From: a bacterium | Lineage (GTDB): Bacteria > JACRDZ01 > JAQUKH01 | NCBI GenBank assembly: GCA_028719205.1 | Contig: JAQUKH010000002.1 | Coordinates: forward strand, 1 to 64,000 | Direction of reading: 5' to 3' | DNA length: 64,000 nt | Shown here: positions 27,470 to 34,607 of the stretch, piece by piece | Numbering within the stretch: the stretch's first letter is position 1 | How the letters are laid out: each line of letters starts with the position of its first letter | Translations under genes and position numbers: made by a program | Notes under the pieces: generated by a model | Told to the model about the DNA's origin: nothing | The model's database searches: none | What the model saw: only the letters and a program-made list of their open reading frames with translations

Positions 27470-28270
27470 TTAAATAAACATTTTCCCAATAAATTGACTT
27501 AATGGGAATAACCTTAAAAAGATGAAAAAACCGCTTAAAAGAATAATATATAAAAAATCTTTTAATAAAAATCTGCTTTTTTTAAACAAATTGATCTTGC
27601 CGTTAAATCCGCGCGCGCACATTGCCTGATATATTCTTTCTGAGCGGTCAATTGTCCTTAAAAGAAGGCTTCCAAGAATGTTCCCGGCAGTGAGGATCTC
27701 ATAGCCCTTTTTCCCGAAAGAACGAAGTTCCCTGGCGTTATTTGTCCGGACAACCTCTTCCCCCAGGATAAAGATATAACGGTAGATAAACATAAGTTGT
27801 AAAATAAAAATATTGGGCATACCTAAATTTTCCATAGCCATACAAATACCGGGAAAAGAAGTGGTTGCGATAAGAATTAACGCTGAACTAATCGTCAGAA
27901 TAAATTTTATTATTATCGAAAGGTAGGATATCCAGCCGCCGCTAATGCCTATGCCAAATAATGAAATCAGGATTTTTCTGTCCAGCATGGGATTAAATAT
28001 TCCTACCATAAGGGCAAAAGGGGAAACGACTATTAATTTTTTCAATATGATCTTTATCGGAATATCCGCTAACGCGACCAGGATGACGGGAAATATTAAA
28101 AATGGAATAAGCCCTGAAATCTCATGTTTTGGGAAAGAGATAACCATAAAAATAAAAACCAGGGTAACAATAAATTTAGCCCTCGGATCCAGGCGATGGA
28201 TAAAGGTATCCTTGTAAGACAGATAATCCAGATATCCTAAATCAAAAAATTCAGATTGATTGAATGACAT
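27470..28270 (-). CDS. cbiQ: ECF transporter T component (CbiQ/NikQ)
   Basis: HRLDPRAK, YRYIF, RSERIYQAM.ARGF.G. Confidence 0.93.
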   Translation of the reverse strand: MSFNQSEFFDLGYLDYLSYKDTFIHRLDPRAKFIVTLVFIFMVISFPKHEISGLIPFLIFPVILVALADIPIKIILKKLIVVSPFALMVGIFNPMLDRKILISLFGIGISGGWISYLSIIIKFILTISSALILIATTSFPGICMAMENLGMPNIFILQLMFIYRYIFILGEEVVRTNNARELRSFGKKGYEILTAGNILGSLLLRTIDRSERIYQAMCARGFNGKINLFKKSRFLLKDFLYIILLSGFFIFLRLFPLSQFIGKMFI

Positions 28271-28298
28271 TAATCCTCATATATATTTTTGTGTTGAA

Positions 28299-28333
28299 CC
28301 TCTTACCCTCCTTTATTTACGGAGGGTAAGAGG
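28299..28333. other. Perfect 13-bp stem-loop inside the transporter operon
   Basis: CCTCTTACCCTCC-N9-GGAGGGTAAGAGG; no U tract. Confidence 0.7.
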
Positions 28334-28351
28334 CCAATTAATCCTGGTGGC

Positions 28352-29404
28352 TTAATATGTATTTGTTAAGCTGCGTTTACGAAAGAATTTTATCACAGAA
28401 CCGATCAAAATAGTTATTCCTAATGTTAATATCCCGCCTAGAATTCCCGCAATACTGGTACCTCCTGAAACAGCCGGCCAGGCTTCTTTTTCCGATTCGG
28501 CTTTTTCAGGCTCCGCCATTTCCGGTTTTTTAAAACCATAATCGGGAAGAAAGGCCGTTTTTTCCTGTAATTTAGACAGGGTTTTGTGGAATATGTCTTC
28601 TTTTGGAGGCAATTCTTCTCTGCCTGATATTTTCCCCATAGACCATTCAAGGCCGTCCGGATGGGTGGAGGCGAACCATGAAAGCATGCCTCCTGTAATT
28701 AAGGCTAAAACACTCATAGCTACAAGGACTTTTTTCAGGTTTAAAAGTGTGTTATTTGATTTATTATCAGAATAAAATAAATCAGGCTGGATATTTTTAA
28801 CATAAATAACTATAGTTCCGGTTACAATTCCTTCTACAACGGCAATAAGCAGATGAATGGGAAGCATTATACTGGTAAAAGTTAAAAAGGGCAATTCGGT
28901 TATACCGGAAAAAACGGTTTCAAGAACAACGCTGAAAGCTCCCATTTCCAATCCGAGAATAACTCCCAGGATTGAACCTATCATTATCTTTTTATTACTG
29001 TTGTTGCTGCCGGTTATTAATTTATAAACCAGAGGGTAGGCGATAAAACAGGGATAAATACCCAAATTCCATATATTACATCCTAACGCAAGCAGCCCCC
29101 CGTCCGCAAAAAATAATGCCTGGATAAATAACACGGAGGCAATGGAAATAAAGGCCGCCCATGGTCCCAGAACGATCGTAAGAAGCAGACCGCCTCCGAT
29201 GTGACCGCTTGAACCTGTCGCGGGGATAGTGAAATTAATCATTTGTCCCGCAAATATAAAAGCACCCATTACTCCCATTAGAGGGATTATTTTATCATTA
29301 AATTCATTTTTTAGCTTTCGGGCACAATAGCTGATGGTTGCGATTGTCCCGGCCCAAAAACTTAAACCAACAGTTGGTGAAAGAAGCGCGTCTGCCATAT
29401 GCAT
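28352..29404 (-). CDS. cbiM: ECF substrate component CbiM/NikM fused to a PDGLE (NikN-like) domain
   Basis: N-terminal MHMAD metal-binding motif, GSSGH, ADGG..ALG.N, ASTHPDGLE. Confidence 0.92.
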   Translation of the reverse strand: MHMADALLSPTVGLSFWAGTIATISYCARKLKNEFNDKIIPLMGVMGAFIFAGQMINFTIPATGSSGHIGGGLLLTIVLGPWAAFISIASVLFIQALFFADGGLLALGCNIWNLGIYPCFIAYPLVYKLITGSNNSNKKIMIGSILGVILGLEMGAFSVVLETVFSGITELPFLTFTSIMLPIHLLIAVVEGIVTGTIVIYVKNIQPDLFYSDNKSNNTLLNLKKVLVAMSVLALITGGMLSWFASTHPDGLEWSMGKISGREELPPKEDIFHKTLSKLQEKTAFLPDYGFKKPEMAEPEKAESEKEAWPAVSGGTSIAGILGGILTLGITILIGSVIKFFRKRSLTNTY

Positions 29405-29418
29405 AAGAATTCTCCTTA

Positions 29419-29472
29419 GTTTAAGCCGTTTAAACAGTTTAAACAGTTTAAACCGATTGAACCGTTTAAGCG
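29419..29472. repeat. Six tandem 9-bp repeats (consensus GTTTAAACM)
   Basis: GTTTAAGCC GTTTAAACA GTTTAAACA GTTTAAACC GATTGAACC GTTTAAGCG. Confidence 0.9.
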
Positions 29473-29476
29473 GTTA

Positions 29477-30238
29477 TTAATATTTTAAGGTTATACCTGC
29501 AAGAATTGAATTATCTGTTTCCGCGCTATTGAGCCCAAACTTAACGCCAAAATCTATGTCAATATTCTCCTTTATGGAATAAATCAATCCGCCTAAAATA
29601 AACGCGGGATTAATGTCTGATGTTTTATCCGGATTCTTCTCAATACCAATATTGCCTACAGCTTTTAGGTTTTTCATTATTTCGATTTCAGAGGCAAGTG
29701 ACGCATGCCATATATTTTCTTCTTCATCTGCTTTGTTTTCATTCCGGATATATCCTAAATTAAAATGAAAAGCGCCTGATTCTATTCCTTTTGTTGTAAT
29801 GAAGAAAACACTATATGTTGCTTTTCCGGATCCTAATCCTTTTTCATTATCTCCTGTCGGAAAGCTGATGCCGGGTTTTAAAGCAAAACTTAAACCATTT
29901 TTTTCATAAAAAGCATGTTTTACTTCCAGTGATACATCAGCTAGTCCGTTTTCATCAGAAGTTACTACATTATCTTCTTTCAGTTCATTCCATTGATTTG
30001 GCATCCCGATTACAATATCTGTATTATCATTTATACCATAACATAATCCAATTCCTATTTCAGCGCTGGTTTCCCTGATTGTTTCTTCTTTGTTAGAGCT
30101 AAATTCAGAATTGATCTCAATCTGTAAGTGCCCTTTCCCCTGTGTGCCGGTATCGTCGGTAATTAAAGGGTGGGCCGCAAAGGCCTGCCCGCAAAATAAA
30201 ATCAGCATAGAAACCATTACAAATAAATTCTTCCTCAT
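29477..30238 (-). CDS. Putative outer-membrane channel (MetA-pathway/'transporter' barrel family)
   Basis: Signal peptide AFA|AHPLITDDTGT, G..D..L..K, PTGD...GLGSG, ends GITLKY. Confidence 0.75.
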   Translation of the reverse strand: MRKNLFVMVSMLILFCGQAFAAHPLITDDTGTQGKGHLQIEINSEFSSNKEETIRETSAEIGIGLCYGINDNTDIVIGMPNQWNELKEDNVVTSDENGLADVSLEVKHAFYEKNGLSFALKPGISFPTGDNEKGLGSGKATYSVFFITTKGIESGAFHFNLGYIRNENKADEEENIWHASLASEIEIMKNLKAVGNIGIEKNPDKTSDINPAFILGGLIYSIKENIDIDFGVKFGLNSAETDNSILAGITLKY

Positions 30239-30266
30239 AATTTTTCTCCAAATTATTTTTTTGATT

Positions 30267-30340
30267 GGTTTCCAGTTGACTGGTTAGCCTGAATTTTTTA
30301 AATAAGTGATTTTTTGCCGCCTCCGGTTGGCCCGGCAGGC
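30267..30340 (-). ncRNA. Candidate cis-acting RNA: two related hairpins after the YezD-type gene
   Basis: Minus strand GCCT G CCGG GCCAA CCGG AGGC (30319-30340) and GGCTAA CCAG TCAA CTGG AAACC (30267-30289). Confidence 0.45.
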
Positions 30341-30531
30341 TATTTACATTTCTTCATAGTATTCTCCTTGCCGAACCTCATTCTTTCAATTTTATTAACC
30401 TGGACAATCTCCGAATCATGAATTACAATTTCAACACTTCCAAATTTTAGAGATTTAATTGCAGGCAATATTTGAGAGAAAACAAACTCATCTCTTTTAT
30501 TTAAATATGAATTTTCTTTATTGGTTTCCAT
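30340..30531 (-). CDS. YezD/DUF2292-family small protein
   Basis: I..AIKSLKFGSVEIVIHDSEIVQVNKIERMRF. Confidence 0.85.
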   Translation of the reverse strand: METNKENSYLNKRDEFVFSQILPAIKSLKFGSVEIVIHDSEIVQVNKIERMRFGKENTMKKCK

Positions 30532-30548
30532 TATTTACATTCTGCATC

Positions 30549-30575
30549 ATGCTACATTTTTTATAATCGTGTTAC
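30549..30575. promoter_or_regulatory. Candidate NikR operator of the Ni-uptake operon
   Basis: ATGCTAC-N13-GTGTTAC; similar in inverted orientation to 31055-31081. Confidence 0.65.
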
Positions 30576-30583
30576 TATAGGGC

Positions 30584-30616
30584 AAAAAAATAACTCGCAA
30601 TTTTAACGCGAGTTAA
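30584..30616 (-). terminator. Intrinsic terminator after nikR
   Basis: Minus strand TAACTCGC...GCGAGTTA followed by T7. Confidence 0.6.
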
Positions 30617-30620
30617 ATTT

Positions 30621-31037
30621 CTAAATAAGTTCTTTCCCTGTGCTTGACATGCTCAAGGAAACATGCTTGACGCCTCTTGCTGATTTTAAAGTGTCAGTTA
30701 GTTTTTGCACTTCTTTTGGATTACCTTTAATTGCGATTAATTCCAGACAATTGTGATGGTCAAGATGTATGTGCTGTGTGGAAATAATTATATTTTGAAA
30801 ATCATGCTGTATATCAACAATTTTACCAATAAGCTCTCTTTTGTGATGATCGTAAATAAGAGTTATCGCGCCGGCAACTTCTTTATCTTCCAGCCATTCT
30901 TTTTTTACGAGTTCCTCACGGATCAGGTTTCTAATGGCCTCCGACCGGTTGGTGTATCTTTTTCCTCGTATTAACCGGTCAAATTTATCAGATAATTCTT
31001 TTTCCAGTGAAATTCCAAACCGAACCAAGTCAGTCAT
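30621..31037 (-). CDS. nikR: Nickel-responsive regulator NikR
   Basis: RFGISL, NRSEAIR, YDHH, QH, HIHLDHHNCLE. Start ATG 31037 with GGAG RBS. Confidence 0.96.
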   Translation of the reverse strand: MTDLVRFGISLEKELSDKFDRLIRGKRYTNRSEAIRNLIREELVKKEWLEDKEVAGAITLIYDHHKRELIGKIVDIQHDFQNIIISTQHIHLDHHNCLELIAIKGNPKEVQKLTDTLKSARGVKHVSLSMSSTGKELI

Positions 31038-31054
31038 ATGATCTCCATACAAGG

Positions 31055-31081
31055 ATACTACGATTATAAAAATTGTAACAC
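31055..31081. promoter_or_regulatory. Candidate NikR autoregulatory operator
   Basis: ATACTAC-N13-GTAACAC just upstream of nikR. Confidence 0.6.
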
Positions 31082-31155
31082 GATTATTTTTTTTGTCAAG
31101 GGATTTTTTTAATGATATAATTATAAAAACCTAAACTTTAGAGGGAGATAAAAAA

Positions 31156-31830
31156 ATGCATATTGTTCCAGCTATTTTGACCGATAAAAAAGAAGAGCTT
31201 TTTAAAATGATCCGCCAGGCGGAAAAATTTTGCCCGATGAGCCAGATCGATATCATGGACGGGAAGTTTGTTCCGACCTTGAGCGTTTCGCCTTATGATC
31301 TTTCTGAAATAAGAACTTCAATGAAACTGGAGATACATTTGATGGTGGAAAGGCCTATTGCCTTATTAACTGCTTTTAAAGAAGCGGGGGCAGGGAGGAT
31401 TATTTTTCACTTTGAATCGAAAGATGATCCGTGGGATATTATTAAGGAGACCAGGGCGTTAAATCTGGAGGTTGGGATTGCGGTCAACCCGGAGACGACA
31501 GTACGTGAAATAGAAGATTTTTTATTGAGTGTTGATCAGGTATTGGTAATGACCGTAAAACCCGGATATTACGGAAGCCCGTTTTTGCCGGAGATGATGG
31601 GAAAGATCGCGGAATTGAAAAAGAAAAAAGGAAAATTTCTCGTATCAGTTGACGGCGGTATCAATATCAATAATGTTTCAGACATGAAAGACGCGGGCGT
31701 GGATCTTTCATGTGTTGGGAGCGGGATCTTTAAAGGAAATCCGGAAGAAAATTATAAAAAATTGGTAGATAAAATTTCACAACCGGTTTTTATGTGCCCC
31801 AAAATAGCAAACAACATCGTTAATCAGTAA
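31156..31830 (+). CDS. rpe: Ribulose-phosphate 3-epimerase
   Basis: IDIMDG.FVP, HLMV, MTV.PG..G, VDGGIN, GS.IF. Confidence 0.92.
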   Translation: MHIVPAILTDKKEELFKMIRQAEKFCPMSQIDIMDGKFVPTLSVSPYDLSEIRTSMKLEIHLMVERPIALLTAFKEAGAGRIIFHFESKDDPWDIIKETRALNLEVGIAVNPETTVREIEDFLLSVDQVLVMTVKPGYYGSPFLPEMMGKIAELKKKKGKFLVSVDGGININNVSDMKDAGVDLSCVGSGIFKGNPEENYKKLVDKISQPVFMCPKIANNIVNQ

Positions 31831-31945
31831 TTGTTTTTACCGATTAAGAAAATCGGTTTTTGGCGGATTTTTCTTGACTATATTGTTTTTTAGTAGTAAA
31901 TATGAGATTTGAAAGGGAAATTTATAGAAGTAAAAAAGGGTTAAA

Positions 31946-32851
31946 ATGCTGAAAAAATTAGTTGTTTTGCAATATATTTGTTTGATCTTTTTTCTTGTCA
32001 GCTGTAATAATGTGAAAAAGTCTAAGGAAATAAGTCTTGAAAAAACAGAAGAGATAAAGTTGGAAGTTGCTAAAGAAGCACCTTTACGTATAGCAATTGG
32101 AAATACGATCACGCAGAAAGAGGCATTCGCGTATTATAAGCCTCTAATTGATTATATAGGAAAAAGATTAGAGAAACCGGTTAAGATCGTAGTTAAAGAA
32201 AGTTATGCTGAAATTAACAGGTTAATGGGATTAGATGAAATTGATGTCGCGTTCCTTTCCAGTAAAGCATATGTTGACGGTTATGATGATTATAAAATCC
32301 AGATCTTAGCGGTCCCGCAGATCAAGGGTGTAGTTGAATACTCATATATTATTGTTCCCATAAGCAGTCCCATTAAAAACTTTAAAGAACTGCAGGGAAA
32401 AACCTTTGCGTTTGTGGATTCAATGTCCAATACAGGCAAGTTGGTCCCTCATAGTATGCTGACCAGCATGGGTGAAAAACCGGATTTTTATTTTAAAAAG
32501 TATATTTATACATATGCGCATGACAATTCCATCAAGATGGTCGCGCAGAATATTGTAGACGGAGCTGCTGTGTCAAGCGTTGTCTGGGAATATCTTAACC
32601 AGACTGATCCTGAACTAACCGCAAAGACGAAGATAATAGAAAAATCTCCGCCTTACGCGATGCCGCCTGTTGTGATCCGTCCGAATTATGATCCTGAAAT
32701 GAAGAAAAAGCTGAAAAAAATATTATTGGAAATACATAATGATGAAAAAGGTAAAGAAATACTTAATAAAATGAAAATAGACAAATTTGTTCCTATAGCA
32801 AATAGCGCCTATGACTCTATTCGTAAATTAAAAGAATGGATTATGGAATAG
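31946..32851 (+). CDS. PhnD-like periplasmic binding lipoprotein
   Basis: Lipobox LVSC; FAFVD..SNTG.L.P, HDNSI..V....VDGAAV, SPPY..PP. Confidence 0.85.
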   Translation: MLKKLVVLQYICLIFFLVSCNNVKKSKEISLEKTEEIKLEVAKEAPLRIAIGNTITQKEAFAYYKPLIDYIGKRLEKPVKIVVKESYAEINRLMGLDEIDVAFLSSKAYVDGYDDYKIQILAVPQIKGVVEYSYIIVPISSPIKNFKELQGKTFAFVDSMSNTGKLVPHSMLTSMGEKPDFYFKKYIYTYAHDNSIKMVAQNIVDGAAVSSVVWEYLNQTDPELTAKTKIIEKSPPYAMPPVVIRPNYDPEMKKKLKKILLEIHNDEKGKEILNKMKIDKFVPIANSAYDSIRKLKEWIME

Positions 32852-32855
32852 AAAT

Positions 32856-34589
32856 ATGTTAAAAAAAATCATACTAAATTTAAATCTAAGAAATAAGTTC
32901 TTATTTGGAAGTATATTATTAGTTGTAATTCTGGGTTTAGCTGTCTTGCTGCTGGTGCAGACTACGATATCTCAAAAACTTTTGTCGGAAGTCCGGGAGA
33001 GAGGTATCCTTATAGCAAAAAATCTGGCATCTGAGAGTATGGATCCGATGTTGGCAAGCCGGACCGAAGAACTTCAGTTGTTTATAAATGAATATAAGAA
33101 TTCCAAGCAGGATATTGAATATATATTTATTCTGGATTCAGAGGGCCGGGTTTTAGCGCATACTTTTGAGAAGGGTTTTCCGATTGGCTTAAAAAACGCG
33201 AACAGTACCGCGCAAATAAAAAAGCAAAACGTAAAATCGCTTAATATCGACGGGAAAAATATTCTTGATATTATGGTGCCTGTTCTGGAAGGCGAGACAG
33301 GGGTTGTACGGGTAGGGATCTCAGAAGAGCCGATCAGAAAAACAGTCAGCAATATAATCAGGTTGATCCTTGGAATAATTACCGGTGTTTTATTATTGGG
33401 AGGGGTGGGTGTATACGGTTTAGTTACAGTAGTCACAAATCCCATATATGACCTTATCAAAGCCGCGAAAACAGCCGGAAGGGGTGACTTGAGCCATAGG
33501 GTAGTTGTCAAAACCAGAGATGAGATAGGAGAGCTTGGATTAACCTTTAATAATATGGTTATTGCTTTGCAGAAGTCGAGAGATGAGCTTATTCAATCCA
33601 GGGAATATGTAAATAATATTATTCATTATATGTATGAAGCCCTTTTTGTTGTATCAATCGATGGGTATATTAAGACTGTTAATGAGGCAGCCTGTGAGCT
33701 TTTGGGGTATGAAGAGAAAGAACTGATAGGGAAATCGGTTGAAAGTATTTTCGCGGAAGAAGATTTTATGGCCTCCAGAACGGATCTGCAGGATTTGATT
33801 AAAGAAGAATATGTAAAAAATATAGAAGAGGAATTTTTATCAAAGGCCGGAGAGAAAATTCCTGTAATTTTTTCAAGTTCTGTAATGCACGATAGTAAAG
33901 GCAGCACTCAGGGGATAATTTTTGTAGCCCAGTCTATGATGGAACGCAAACAGCTTGAGGAAAAACTTCATCATACTTTGCTCACCTTACGCAAGGCCAT
34001 GAAGGGGGCCATACAAGCGATGGCATTAACAGTTGAGAGGAGAGACCCTTTTACTTCAGGACATCAGCAGCGAGTAGCTGATCTTGCCAGAGGAATAGCC
34101 AGGGAAATGGGGCTTACTGATGAGCGGATTGATGGTTTAAGAATGTGCGCGGTTGTCCATGACTTAGGGAAGATGTTCATTCCGTCAGATATACTCACAA
34201 AAAGCACGAAATTAACTGAAAATGAATACAATATAATTAAAACGCACCCTCAAGCGGGTTATGAGATATTAAGGGAGATAGAATTTCCTTGGCCCATCGC
34301 GGAAATGGAACTGCAGCATCACGAAAGAATTAATGGTTCGGGGTATCCTAAAGGATTAATGGGGAAGGATATGCTTTTAGAAGCAAAGATCCTGGCCGTA
34401 TCTGATGTTGTTGAAGCAATGGTTAATAAGCGTTCCTATCATCCCGCGCACAGTACTACTGAGGCGCTGGAAGAGATCTCAAAGAACAAAGGTATTCTTT
34501 ATGATCCCGATGTAGTCGACGCGTGCATGCAAATATTTGTTAAAAAAGGATTTAAATTCAAAGAAAGCCCTACTGAAGACGGCATTTAA
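32856..34589 (+). CDS. Membrane sensor with HAMP, PAS and HD-GYP domains
   Basis: Two TM helices, RDEIGEL..TFN.M, VNEAACELLGY, HDLGK, HHERINGSGYP. Confidence 0.92.
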   Translation: MLKKIILNLNLRNKFLFGSILLVVILGLAVLLLVQTTISQKLLSEVRERGILIAKNLASESMDPMLASRTEELQLFINEYKNSKQDIEYIFILDSEGRVLAHTFEKGFPIGLKNANSTAQIKKQNVKSLNIDGKNILDIMVPVLEGETGVVRVGISEEPIRKTVSNIIRLILGIITGVLLLGGVGVYGLVTVVTNPIYDLIKAAKTAGRGDLSHRVVVKTRDEIGELGLTFNNMVIALQKSRDELIQSREYVNNIIHYMYEALFVVSIDGYIKTVNEAACELLGYEEKELIGKSVESIFAEEDFMASRTDLQDLIKEEYVKNIEEEFLSKAGEKIPVIFSSSVMHDSKGSTQGIIFVAQSMMERKQLEEKLHHTLLTLRKAMKGAIQAMALTVERRDPFTSGHQQRVADLARGIAREMGLTDERIDGLRMCAVVHDLGKMFIPSDILTKSTKLTENEYNIIKTHPQAGYEILREIEFPWPIAEMELQHHERINGSGYPKGLMGKDMLLEAKILAVSDVVEAMVNKRSYHPAHSTTEALEEISKNKGILYDPDVVDACMQIFVKKGFKFKESPTEDGI

Positions 34590-34607
34590 CCTTATATAAG
34601 TTTTAAA

